A stretch of 64,000 bases of DNA from Nemertoderma westbladi (lineage: Eukaryota > Animalia > Xenacoelomorpha). The notes under the pieces are model-generated. The model did no database searches, was not told where the DNA came from, and saw nothing but the letters and a program-made list of their open reading frames with translations. A program made the translations under genes and the position numbers. Position 1 is the stretch's first letter, and each line of letters opens with the position of its first letter. Location: positions 54,947 to 118,946 of the forward strand of contig JAUCBJ010008430.1 of the NCBI GenBank assembly GCA_032718475.1, in the 5' to 3' direction. This document shows, piece by piece, positions 12,800-26,100 of the stretch.

Positions 12800-13120
12800 G
12801 AATATTTATTACGTAACTAGAGAGCTGCTTAACTACACAAACCAATATTGAGTTCCGATTTGGAGTACGCCTTGCAGACCCTAAAGTTGCTATTACATTT
12901 TCCTTAAATTACGTGCAAACCTTTTCTACTTCAATGCTTTTTCAATACATGTGATAAAATTTAAGAAATTCCACCAAAATTGTTTTATTTATTTTTTTCG
13001 GCAGGAAAAAAGTAAAATCAATGCAATCCTATTAATTTCTCTTTACCCTAGGGAAAAAAGTACTGCTTTTTCTCCCGATTTTGAGGTTTATTCGAGTGAA
13101 AAAGTAACTTAATTTAAGAA
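12800..13120 (+). repeat. Dispersed repeat, homologous (inverted) to about 33060-33420
   Basis: Shared blocks include CCAATATTG, AATTACGTGCAAACC and TTTAAGAAATTCCACCAAAA in reverse complement. Confidence 0.7.
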
Positions 13121-13144
13121 TAAAATTAATATTTAAGTTTTTGG

Positions 13145-13508
13145 TTGACTGTTGTCTGTTTGCTTTTTGTTTTTGTTTTGCTGTCGGTTGTCTGCTGTCG
13201 GTTGTCTGCTGATAGTTATCTGCTGTCGGTTGTCTGCTGTCGGTTGTCTGCTGTCGGTTGTCTGATGATAGTTATCTGCTGTCGGTTGTCTGCTGATAGT
13301 TATCTGCTGTCGGTTGTCTGCTATTGGTTATCTGCTGCCGGTTGTCTGCTGACAGTTATCTGCTGTCGGTTTGTCTGCTGTCGGTTGTCTGCTGTCGGTT
13401 GTCTGCTGACAGTTATCTGCTGTCGGTTGTCTGCTGTCGGTTGTCTGCTGTCGGTTATCTGCTGTCGGTTGTCTGCTGACAGTTATCTGCTGTCGGTTGC
13501 CTGCTGTC
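13145..13508. repeat. 14-bp minisatellite (TGTCTGCTGTCGGT)n
   Basis: Direct periodicity, with variant units such as TGCTGATAGTTATC. Confidence 0.93.
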
Positions 13509-16500
13509 CCCAGTGAATCATGTAAGTGCGAAACGCACTCAGTTGTACACATGCGTAAAAGGGCTTCATATGAAACACGTAAACATACGCGCAACCCACT
13601 TTGTAGTTACGCACTTAAGTGCGTTAAATCCCCCAAAATAAACACATAATTCGCACATAATATTGTAAATGTGGAACTACTCACTTTCTACACATTAATG
13701 TGCGTTGCATCTCACATGATTCACATGTAATTCGTATGTGATAGTTGTCTTGTGCACACTGTGGAATTACATGCTTTTAACGCGCTAATGTGCGTTATAT
13801 CGCAGAAGATTCACATGATATTCGCATATGATAGTTATCTTGTGCACACTGTGGAATTACGCACGAATACCACACAAAATACGCATAGGACTCGCATGGT
13901 TTTAGTACAGTTCACGGTCAAAGTACACACTTAAAAATATTAATTCTTTGATTTAATACTATCATTTTATATTTCACCATAATAGACTATTTATTATTAA
14001 TAATTCACTGTTTCGTATACCAATAATTTTTTATACCTTAGTATTTTTTATGGTGGCACTGATGGGCCATTTCGGCAATATTTTTTATTTTATTTTACGT
14101 AAATCGAATATTAATACCAAAACAGGACTTCATAGTATAGTCCAAGTCCAGTATAGCAAGTTCATGTATAGTCTAGGTCCAAGTTAACGATAGTTAACTT
14201 GGTATGCTCCAAAATGATAATTTCAGGGCATTCCTATATACTGTAGACTCATAACATATACAATGATACACAGTAGAATAATTGTATATATATTATTACT
14301 AAACGGATTGCAAATAATTCTCGCACTATTATTACTTATTGGTTTGGAATATCCACGATAAATGTCTACTGTATTGTACTAATTTCTACCTACTGTAGAA
14401 ACAAATCTACTCAATAAGTCTACCATATTGCTACTGCGCATCCATATAGATTAATCGCATTATAATATGTGGTATAACCGCACTGGAAATAAGTTGTCAG
14501 ACTTTGTGTGTAAGGCCCTAGGTGGTGACCGCAGTATTGACCAGTATATTAATACTCTTGACTTATTTATTTATGAAATTAATTGGAGTTGAAATGAATT
14601 TGGGTTTTTTATATTTTCTGAACAAAATCATATTATAATTAATTATTATTTATTTAAGCAGCAATTAAAGTACTAAGTAAGTGAGAATAAAAGTACTCAT
14701 AGAAAAAACTCAGGAAAACGTATTTATATATTGTATTTTATATTCAATACTTAGGTGGTTTATCATTTTGGATTATATCCAATGCCCTGAATATATAGCT
14801 AATGTATATATTCTGATTAACCAAGTGATGTCTAATAAGAACAAGACGTGTTTTTAATGTAAAATACCTTGAATTTAATTTATTCCCTAGGCCTATTCTA
14901 TTGGTGTTACACATTTACACAACATGCTTATTACTTCTGTACTTAGCACACCAAATTTGTATTTGTAATAATTTCGTTTACCGAGCGAATAATAATTGTT
15001 ATACCCACTTTTATATCGTATATTTTATGTATGCCATGGACACATGTATAGTGTTACATATTAATAGTAGCCACAATTTATTACTCATGTTTTATCATTA
15101 TGATACATATTTTGTTTGATATTATAAACCGCAAATGTAAAGTTTTTTTAAACATAATTATCGTTTTTTTTTCTTTAAAACAACAAACACAATGATGGTA
15201 TTACATTAAGGAGTACCTCTGTACACCTTTTTTGTATTATATACAGGTTCGTTTTATAAGATTCAGGCATTCTATTTATGAGATATTCCATCAATATCTA
15301 AAGGAAGTATAATAAACCGGAGTTGTTTACAACAAAGTTATTAAGTCGCATTAGACGATGCGTATATATATACATGTAAGTAAATGTATATGTAGATACA
15401 AATATGTTCCATATATGTCTCGATGCATGAATGTATAATGCATATACTGCACCATGCAGATATAATAACGACCCATAGGTCCAGGTATAGTCCAAGTCCA
15501 ACCCAGGATCACTCTTCCTGCAAACGTTCTTGCGCGTTTAAGCGTTCCATCTCCTCCATATCTGAGCTATAGAGCTCCTGCGGCGTTGAACGGCCATCCC
15601 AACCTTCACCTTCGACTCCAACGCCCCCCTTGTAATCCTTTTCTGGAAAAAAAAAATATTAAAACAATTATTTTCCTTAAAATACCGATAACCCGTTTTG
15701 TTCGTAAAAGTGAAGTTAAAAGAAAGTTAAAAATAAATACTTTACAGTACATTCGCGGACCGGATATAAAAAAATATCCGATCAATGATCTCGAAGTTTA
15801 TTCTGTTGATTTCAATTTATTTCTTGATTAGACTTAGATTGGTTAGATTGATTAGATTGGTGGTAATTTTAATTAATGGACTGACTAGATGCCCATGTGA
15901 AGTGGACATCCAGCTATTTTGCCAACGAAAAATTATATAAATCAGAAAGAAGTTTGAACCATTCACTATCATTAGGCAACTGTGGTATTTTCTACCAACT
16001 TCCAAAACCGCCTGGGAAACTTCATACGGGTATTAGGGTATTTTCGTTTTGGTAATCTTCACGTGCAGCGCAAAGTCCTTTTATCTTTTAAGAGACCATT
16101 TAGTGTGTGCTGAAGGTCGGTTGGTGGGAGGTCGGACAGTCCATCAACCTTGCCACATTTCCAACTTCATCACCATAATAATTAAATAGAAGGAAATATA
16201 AAATATAGAATAATATTTAATATAATATATAATAATAATGGATTATTCAATTATGTACTTACTGGATCACCTTGTATCCACATAGGAATGTAGGGCCAAC
16301 TTGATATATTTCTCGAGATTGCTGACTGTGTACTCCTGTTGATCGCAGTTAGCCTTCTTTAAAAGTGCTACAACGCCCATGTCAACAAGTGAGTTGCGTT
16401 CGACGCCTTTTATCATAGACCTGCCTGCCTGCCAGTGTAGCTAGTGGATTTCGCAAATTCTTTGGTCATTAAACACTCAAGTTGTCGTGAGATACAATTC

Positions 16501-17718
16501 CGCAGTGACGCCCCTCCTTGTAGCTTAAGATACTCCAAAATATGTGGTTGTTTCAGTATCATCTCCATATCATCTTTATTAGATGCCTTTTGGAATTCAA
16601 AGGAACGGGTGGTACCTGGACAGGGCGTGGCAGACACACCAGAGTTACCGGTAACAGTGTTTGCGACGGCAGCAGCTAACGTCTTCACATCACGTTTTAA
16701 TGAACTTATCTTTGCGCCCTGTTCCAATAAAGATGATCTGCTATTCTTCTGCAGCTTAAAAACTGCTTCAATTAGCTCCCTTTCTGTAAGAGCTTCAATA
16801 TTGTAGGGTGTGGAGGTGGAAGTACCGGTGGTAGTAGCTTTCTGGCTTTCCTTTTTAAAACCATTGACGATAAATCATTTTCTTTACAAGTAAAGTAAGA
16901 ACCCTAACAGCCTACCCAGTAACCCTGTAACCGGTCAGCCGGTACGGTACGCTGCTGCCTGCTGACCGGAAGCCAGTCTGCCAGTACAGCAGTAGGCCTA
17001 CCTGCTTACACATGGGAGGACCTATTACCTGATTACTGTATTACTGTATTAGGCCTAACAGATTACTGCAAAACAGTACTGCAGTAGGCCTAATACAATT
17101 AAACAGAAGGCAGGAAGGTACGGTATGTCAGCCTGTTACTTACTGACTTAGGCTACTGCCAGACTGCAGTCTGGCAGTACTGTGTACTGTCAGACTGTAA
17201 GTCCAGAAGTCAGAAAGTGTAAACAAGTCAGTAAGCTGATACGGCACTCTGGCAGTAGCCAGTCTGTCAGTAGGGTAAGAGACACATCCAGACATAATGG
17301 CAGTCTGTCATGTCAGCAGGTGGGCAGTTTCTAACATGTCTGGTGCTGTGGTGTGACATACGGCTGTAGGCCCTACGGTAATGTCAGGCCTATGGCAGTA
17401 TTGTACTGTGTAACATATACTGTAAATTGTAACAGTTTAAACCCATGTGGGTCTCAATTTTCAACACACATACAGACATATTTCATAGTTATAGAGACGC
17501 TTTAAACTCACCTGGAACGCACTTTACTATCACACCTACATTATCATAAAAACTCAAACATGTTACACACATGTTCCACATGATAATAAATTGTAGTAAC
17601 TACGCATTGAATACCCACTTGCTTCACACTTAAGGTGAAGTTTCTAAAAACCACTACGCATATTTATCGCACTTAGAGCGTGCAACGCATTTGAAGCGCA
17701 CTAACATTTTTCACTGGG
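13509..17718. mobile_element. 4.2-kb TIR DNA transposon with CCCAG termini (CMC/EnSpm-like, non-autonomous)
   Basis: Left end CCCAGTGAATCATGTAAGTGCG, right end CGCACTAACATTTTTCACTGGG; subterminal CGCACTTA repeats at both ends; contains a DUF4806-like ORF. The 2-bp flanks differ (TC/TG). Confidence 0.65.
16267..16860 (-). pseudogene. DUF4806-like transposon accessory protein, frameshifted
   Basis: YLKLQGGASLRNCISRQLECLMTKEFAKSTSYTGR fits the DUF4806 GG...S(W/Y)TG pattern; after a shift at the (GCAG)3 run near 16420 it continues MIKGVERNSL...LEKYIKLALHSYVDTR*. Confidence 0.6.
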
Positions 17719-17854
17719 TGCCCCATAGTATTATTCCGTATAATATGTAGGGTATGTAGTGTAGTATTTCTACTGTCGGTTGTCTAATGTGGGATGTCGG
17801 ATTACTGTTAGATTAGGTGTAAGAGATCATTTCGACTATAAAATTGTGAAAGTT

Positions 17855-19073
17855 GAAAAAGTGAGGGAGACTTGACTTTAGGGGAGACTTGATTTTTTTA
17901 AATAACTTAAAAACTATTGTAAATTATTTAACAATACCACACAAAAATGTGTAAAATACATGTTCGCTACACCCCGGCAACAATGTTTTATTACCTTTTG
18001 GTTATTTTTTGTTTTAATGTCAATAAACGTTTTCTGGGTTCAAAAGTAAATTTTTGCCCTTTACAACGAATGAAAAATCGCATCCTTATTATAATGTATG
18101 TTAATTGTAATTCACAACATGTGTTGACTAATTATTGCACTATCCTGCCATATATTGTTTTCCAGTTTTGGTTCAGCCGTTTTGAAATTATACCAATTAA
18201 TATAAAAAAAAGGGGAGACATGACGCCCGAATGTGAGGGAGACTTGAAGCCTTCAATGCTGACGTCTACCTAGAGATACACCCACGTAGAGAACCATTAC
18301 ACCAGAGCACTCCAACTAGTTGATTGGCACTTACACAGACCAAGCCATCAATGGAATGTGAATACAATGGTGTGGCCAGGAAGAGAGAGAGAGAGGCCTT
18401 GATAATCCCAGCCAAGCCAAGCCAAGCCAAGCCAAGCTAAGCCAAGCCAACCAACTCTTCCTTCCCTCTTTGCAATGTAGTTAGTAGCCCGCCAACTGGG
18501 TGATTGACAGCTTAAACAAGATGCCACTTCGTCTGAAAGCGGCACACTTCAATAGAATAACAGGAAAACAATTAATATATGCTTGGATTGAAAATTATAC
18601 AAGACATTCATTAATAAAAAGTACCTTCCCGCGTTTAATTTTAATGCGGTTTTAATGAACTATTATTTATTCAGTTCTTGTTGGGAGAACCATGTGAACG
18701 ACCACCTAAATTTGTATAAAATTTTGGATAATAATTTAACAATCGCATTTTTTGAAATTTTTTTGTCCTACTAGAAAATAGACATTTTGAACATGTAATT
18801 ATTACACTTCTTCTGCATTTTTGAACGAATTTACAAGTATGCGAGGTGGGGTTCAAGTCTACCACCCTAGGTGTCAAGCCTTGACGCTGACGCTGTTTCG
18901 AAAATACGAATAATTGGTTTAATTAAAAAAGTTTAAGAGTTGAAAATCTCAAACTCTCACATAATGATACAGTAGCAATCATAAATGTAATGTGAAAAAG
19001 TTAAAAAAATTTATTTATCTGTTCTTTAGAGCGATTATAACTTTTGGGGATCAAGTCTCCTTCACTCACCCTA
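17855..19073. mobile_element. Degenerate TIR element remnant
   Basis: GTGAGGGAGACTTGA motifs at about 17861, 17882 and 18234; inverted CAAGTCTCCTTCACTCACCCTA at about 19052-19073; contains a (CCAAG)n microsatellite at about 18408-18452. Confidence 0.35.
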
Positions 19074-19686
19074 CAGGTCCCGTAGTTTACTTTATCAATG
19101 TCCCATACTTTACCACACAAACCATGCTGTACAAAATTAGCAATTCGTCTGATATTTAAATTTTTATTTAAGCTTAATTAGGGGGGGGGGGGGGGGGGGT
19201 AGCACCCCCAAATTGAACCTCACATTTTTGTGTCTCTAGACCATAAAATTGGGTGAAATTTATTGTTTGTGCTACTAAACATCGTCTGGACTGTGTGTGA
19301 ATAACCAAACCAAAATTTTTTTAAACTGGCCCCAAAATGTATTTTTGTGCCATTCAAAGTGCCTTTTGCGTCAAGGGCTATTTCTCCACCAATACTTGTT
19401 GACATTTTGAATATAGGGTCAGAAGAACCCTGCTTCCTATTCTTCTGAACAAATTTTGCCTCAATGCTCCGGAGCCTTTTAGGAACAAAAAGGCCCCAAA
19501 AAAGGCATTTTTGGTATGAAAAGGCTCATAGGGCATTTTTAACCAAATTTGTTCGGAAGAAGTATGGAGAAGGGTAATGTTAACAAGTGTACCAAATTTC
19601 AAGTCATTTCAGTTAAAATTGGCGGAGAAGTAACCTTTTTCATGAAAAAACGTCATTCTAAGTTTTTAAAGTTAAAGGAACAATTC

Positions 19687-20894
19687 TGTAAAAGCTTTTG
19701 TGGGATAACTGATTCGTTTGCCTTGCTGGCCAGTTCCCCCCCGGTCGCTAGAATACTCTAAAAGGGATCTATAGGTAAAATAGTGCAAGCTACCAGCTTA
19801 TTGGCTGATGGGCTGTACGAGAGTATCTGGGTTCTGTTCGATCGGCCAACCAGCTTAGGGAGGTTGCCTTAGCCCTGCTGTCCGTATCGGCCAATAGAAT
19901 TTGAGTGGGCGTTGATTTTGACCTATCCCAGAGCTACTGAACTGAATTTTCCTATCTCACTGCTCATCCTCTGTGTTGGACGGGAGCTTCGGGGAATAAG
20001 GGTAGTTGGTATCCTCGTATAGTCAGGTAGTCATATGATTTTATAGGATTCTGTTGTTGTGTTCCCATTTTCGCCATAACACCGGCTTTTTGGGAAGAAC
20101 TCTAGTAAAACTGCTTAAATTATCGAAAGTATAAACTGTTATTCAATCAACCGATCAATCCGACCTAATTACTTATTTGATCTAATTAACTCACTATTAA
20201 TCATATTGTTTGTACTGTTATTTACCGTCAGTTATTAATTGTATCTATTTGTTGATGGAAATATTGCTCTTTGGAGAATACGGATAAATCACCCAAAATT
20301 CCCAATTTTCTTGATACACTACAGGTTAGAGAGACAGGCTATATATAACAATTGCGATTTATATTAATGTGGTGTGTATTGAATCTAATGTTATTTAGCA
20401 GACCCTACATGAGTCAATTGCTGCTCTCTTTATGTGTGATCAAATTTACTGACGGTCGGCAGAATAGTGTGTATGATTGTGATTGGTAACAAAGCATTTC
20501 CTAAAGAATGCGCCTTATACTTTAATCATAAGCAGTATCGTTGCGTTTAGTATAAGTCCTAGTTCTGTTTAAATAGATAGAGCGCCACGTCCTAAAGGAA
20601 CTGTTAATATTTCCCGAAAGCCAATAATATCTGTCAGAAATTTATTAATAACGATCAATCGAATAATACAGTAAGTTTACACTGCAACCTTACACTGCAA
20701 TAATAAAATTTAAGCAGCCGAATTCAGCCTCCCGGGTGTAGATCCATCGGGTGAATGATCGCGCATGGGCTGACTTCGGGTAATGTTTGTTTATTAGCAT
20801 AAAATATTGTCGTATGCTAAAGGTGTTTTAATTAACTAAAAGACATATAAATTTTGGCAGGTTAAACTGCTAAAGGTCTTCAAAAGCGCGAACA
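19687..20894 (+). repeat. 5' LTR (about 1.2 kb; 3' end defined by homology to the 3' LTR)
   Basis: TGT...ACA ends; the first ~460 bp are nearly identical to 30785-31253. No clear PBS seen after 20894. Confidence 0.75.
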
Positions 20895-21239
20895 ATAACA
20901 GTTTATAATCTTATTGCAGTAGGCAATAAGGTTGCAAGATACCGTAGGAACCGGTACTTCTGTAGGTCAGTAGGCCCAACTGCCAGAACCGGTACTGCTG
21001 TAGGTCCGTAAGTCCAACTGCCAGAACCGGTACTTCTGTAGGTCTGTAGGCCCAACTGTCCTAACCGGTACTGCTGTATAAGTACATTAGTATTATTCGA
21101 TTTTGATTATTGTATACCGGTAGGTCTCGGTACTTAATCAGGGAACGGCCGCCCTGATTTTTATTTGAGATTCTACTTATTTCTGTCGGTTTTATTTACT
21201 AGTAGGCTAATATTGAGCAGAAGGCGTGTGACCCTGCTC

Positions 21240-21780
21240 AGATTGTTCAGATAATTGTAGGCTGAGCTGCTGTCTGACTGTTGTTGGGTTTGGAGAGATT
21301 ACGGCGTGTGTAGAGTTTGTCTGATAAAGTGCCGTTAGTAAGTTGGGGCAGCCATATGCTGTAAGGTCAATCCCCTCTTAAAGAATAAGTCGTACTACCG
21401 TGTTAGAACGCATACTAACTAACTGTTTCAGAATCTGCATATACTGTAGTTTATTTAGGCTTGATCGTAGTCTGCCAGTGTTTTAGCCTGTGTTTGTTTG
21501 TATGGTCTGTTCAGGTACCGTAATAGTTATTACTCAGATATTTTGTAGGCTGGATTGTTGTCTAGCTATTATTAGGTCTGAAGAGATTGCTGTGTGTGTG
21601 GAGTTGGTCTGATAAAGTGCTGTTAGTAAGTTGGGGCAGCCATATGCTGTAAGGTCAATCCCCTCTTAAAGAATAAGTCGTACTACCGTGTTAGAACGCA
21701 TACTAACTAACCATTTCAGAATCTACACGTACGGTAGTTTATTTAGGCTTGGTGGTAGTCTGCCAGCGTTTGGTTTGTAT
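21240..21780 (+). repeat. ~297-bp tandem duplication in the BEL leader; ~38-bp repeats at 20950-21075
   Basis: GTCTGATAAAGTGC.GTTAGTAAGTTGGGGCAGCC...CATACTAACTAAC occurs at about 21319 and 21607. Confidence 0.85.
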
Positions 21781-23105
21781 CTTGTTTGAGTATTCTGTAC
21801 GGGTAGCGTAATATTTATTATTCAGAGTTTATGCGATTATTCGCAACATTCATGTCCCCAAGTTTATCCCTACAGTAATTGTGCTTGTTATACATACCGT
21901 TATAGTTAAATTAACCCCGGTACTACACGGGCTGCTTGGCGTAGGACAAGACTGGTGACTTTGTGCTTCGGTCACTCCAGCAGATGCCGTGGTTCTTTTA
22001 ACTGTTCAAGTATATTTAACTACTGATTATTTGTTATACCGGTACTTGTACCTAATTTAGGGTTTAGTGTACAGTGCTTTCCGAAGTAATTAGTGTGTAG
22101 GCAGTATATTTGTGTTGTAAAGTGGTTGATAGGCACATTCGTTAGCTCTATTAACTTCTAGGTAGGAACACTCCGTGATACATAACGTAGTACCTATAGC
22201 GATACGGTTATAGGTCGTCAGGCGGTGGTATTTTCCTATCTGGACAGTACAGTATATTTACTACTACTTATTATTTTCAAATACCGTAGTACCCTGTCAG
22301 TTGTAATAACCAGAATTCTAACCCTTTGTTAGACTGGTTTGTAGTTCCCTGTAAAATTACCCTAAAAATTCGTACGTAATCTTTTTGTTGTGTTTAATTA
22401 GAGAATTAGTCTCACCCATATCGTAAGTAATTTGTAGTATTAAGTAACTTAGGTAAATTAGAATTATCAGTTTTAGTGTCAAATAAATAGCACTTCACTG
22501 AGAGCGCACAGCTTCTGTGTAGTGACCCCCCAGAAATAATAACATTTATTTCAAATATTGACAAAACCCATTTTAAACGGGTATATAAATATTATAAATC
22601 AACTCAAACGATTTATAAATAGTAGGCCTGCCATACAACAACTAGGTCTCAATATCAGTTGGACTACTGCTTAAATAACGGTAATAAAGTGAGTTAAAGT
22701 AACCAAGTAACCCTAAAATATTCAGAAATTCAATTATTCTAAAATAATTGACATACCGGTATTTACCATAGGCTTATTATATTTATTTCTATAAATTTGA
22801 GCTGAAATCATACCGGTACTCTGTACTTAATTCTAGTCCATAATTATACTTATATATACTATCAGTGTAAGCTGTATACCGGTATTCACGATAGGCCTAT
22901 TATATATTTATATATATCTGTGCTAAATTTATATACCGGTACTCTTTGACAAACCTAGTCCACAATACTTATATATATTATAAGTGCATACCGGTATTCT
23001 AATATACTGCAATAAATTACCGGTACTAGGCCAGCGGTCATACTGAATTACTAGACTTGCTTTAACTGAAACTATAGTAGTAGACATTCAACTGTATAGC
23101 TAAAC

Positions 23106-26100
23106 ATGTCTGACACTCAGCAAAACCTGTCAGACAGTCTGATCGATACAACTATCTGTGACTCAGATAGGAGTGTGGAGCGAGTAAGAAAGGAGTTCAG
23201 CTCACCTCCTACTGCAAAAAAGGTCATCCCTCCAGTAGTATCAGACCCTAGGCTAATCCACCATAGGTCCATCATAGGCACTCGGGCACAGGTCAAACGG
23301 AACCAAGAGGCAGTTGTCCCATCGCAGCATCATCTTGGTCAAGAACCTACTTCCCAGCGACCCGATAGCTCCAGCAGTTCGGATACTGTAGAGCTGACCC
23401 CCGAACGCGGAGTGCAGATGGCTGCTACAGTCTACTCGGACCCCCTTCTTACCCTTCCTGCTGCAGTGCTAACTACTATATTCATTGCGGTGGAGGAACA
23501 TCAAGCCGACTGGGCGAGGAACAAGCGAGCGACCCAAGATAATTATGCGGGATACGCCAGGGAAGAATTGATGTCTATTGTCGAGTCACAATGGAACTTT
23601 CCCGGACTCGGACTCCCGTTGGATCTGTCCGAGGCTACTTGGGAAGATATACACAGGATGGGAGTGGCTAAAGATACAATGGATCCAGCTGTTTGGAAGA
23701 GGTCGGCAGCAGGATATGTGCAGGGATTCTTCGGCTCCTTGGAGCGATTGGAAGAACAACTGTTTCGACAACTTCAAGGACCTCAAGAGCAGGAAGAGCT
23801 GCTATACCAAGTACGCGAAAGAACCCTACGCATTCGACTAATCCTCTCAGCCTTTGAGGAAACTTCCAAAAGAAGACAGGACACGTCGCTGCAGGTTGCT
23901 GTCAAAACTTGGTTACATCGGGTAGATCTCAAAGTACAGGAAACGGCCCAGTGGAAATCCCAGCTGGCTGAGAGATCAACCTATGAAGAACCAACTGATG
24001 TCACCCTTTATCAAGCGGAAAGCGAAGAGACCGCCGAGAAACCGCGAACTAGAGACGCTATCGACATTTATTTGTCCGACTATCAGCGATTCCTAGGAGA
24101 CGAAGAGTTGAGGAGACGGCTGTCTGGACTTTCCCCTAATAGTGAAGGAACCAAGCTTGTGTTGGACTCAATCGATGCCGAAATGTTAGCTGCAAACCAA
24201 GCTGAATGTGATGAAAAACTCCGCCTCACTAGAGTCCGAGAAGAACAAATAAAGAAAAGAAGGATAGAGGAACAAAAGGCGGCGGCTATGGCAGAAGCAG
24301 AAGTAGAAAGAAAGGCAGCGGCGGCAGATGCAGAAGCAGAAAGAAAAGCAGCAAAGGCAGTGGCAGAAGCAGAACGGAGAGCCTCTGAGCAGACTACCCA
24401 ACTGGAGTTGGAAAATCTATAAATGTATAAATAAACAGTTTACTGCTAATCAAATGCAGATGATGAGAAAATCTACTCCCAAGCGCCAGGGATACACATC
24501 CTCGGAGGAAGGCGAGACCACCGATCCTGAAGGCGGAGGAAATAGATCTCATCTAAGTAGGCGTAGAAAAACATCTTACCGTCGCAAATTGCCTGATTTG
24601 CCCCCAGCTGTTAAAAGACAGCTAACTAGCACAGACTTAGGTAGTGCAGAACCCATAGAACAATTTATCCAGGTCAAAAGACTCCCTACTATAGTCGATG
24701 AACCTGAAATAATTAGGCCTGTTGTTCCCAAAGTCACTTCTGTGCTAGAGACCCCTGTACTTCCAGAGCTTAACTCTAAATTCCCTTTACAGAGTACTAC
24801 ACAGTCCAAGAGAATATCCCTGTCCGGATAGCAGAGAGAGAAATCAAAGATTTGTCTCCCGTCGTCCCGCTTCAGCCCGCTACTATGTTGGCGACTCCCG
24901 CTTCGGCGGTTGAGTGGGTAGAAGAGGGACGGCGGGGGATGAATCTCCTGCTAGGACAGATGCAGGAGACTGTCCACCAACTTAAGGGAACAGTGAGGGA
25001 AGGTAGAGCAGAGTTGCAAGAAGTGCAGCAAAGTATCGCGCTAGAACGCGACAAATTAGTCAATATACAAAAAGGCATACCAATACCCCCTGTAACATTG
25101 TGTCAACCTGTTAGGTCTGAAGTATTACATGCGCAAAGTGTGGAGCCTACACGCATCTATACTGCTAGTGAAGTTGAAACTCCTATAGCAAACCCTATTA
25201 AGGGTGATTATAGACCTGTTATTAATGATATTCCCTATAGACCTGATAATGATCCGAGAAATTTATATACCGATAATTCGATATTAAATAACACGATGGC
25301 CCAAGAAAGCTTTACGCGTCAGATGGCTAGAACAGAAGCCCGCCAAGCGGTCAAAGTGGGAGAGATCATCAAATTCAATGGAGATGAGATGAAATGGTTA
25401 CCTTTCAACGAATATTACAAAGATAGCATACAGAACTCTGTACTATCTAACGGAGAGAAACTTAGATTCCTCATCAAGTGCTTGGAAGGACCTCCCAAGT
25501 TAATGGCGTTAAAGTTTATTGGACATCCAGATGGATTAAGACAAGTTTGGGATACATTAAACATCAGGTATGGTAACAAGGATAACATAGCTAAGTATTT
25601 GTATGCAAAATTAGTAGCCCCCCGACACTTCCTTAGTAGCGGGATTATAGAGTTTTCCGATGAAATTCAAGAGATCTGTAGACAACTGGACTGGTTAGGT
25701 AAGTCGCATGAATATCAGAGTTCCATGGTTATTGGAGCCGTAGTCTCTACTTTACCAAAGGGTGGAGTATGTACACGCTGGGACAAGAAAGTGTTGTACA
25801 TGAATGAACAACAACGACGAAGCCCTACCATGGCTGATCTCATGTCCTTCTTAGATGGTGAGGTAAAACTACAACTCATCAAGCAGGCCAGAGAGAAAAC
25901 ATCGGAAAATAAGGTAAGTGAGAAACCCGTTTCTAGGAGAAGGATAATACCAGTGTGTTATACTGACGACGGCGAAAGCCAAGCTTCTCAAGAAGAGGAC
26001 AGCGGGAAAGACACAGCAAAATCTTACTATGACAACAAGACCTATAAAGACGTAAGTAAATACAAGTCTCGAACCAGTGACAGGAGAGAACAGGTAACAA

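Noticed and set aside
12096-13594. Short ORFs at 12096-12650 and 13145-13594
   Set aside because: Products of tandem repeats.
24415-24430. Programmed ribosomal frameshift in BEL gag
   Set aside because: No X XXY YYZ slippery site in the needed frame, BEL/Pao gag-pol is normally one ORF, and other frameshifts show decay.
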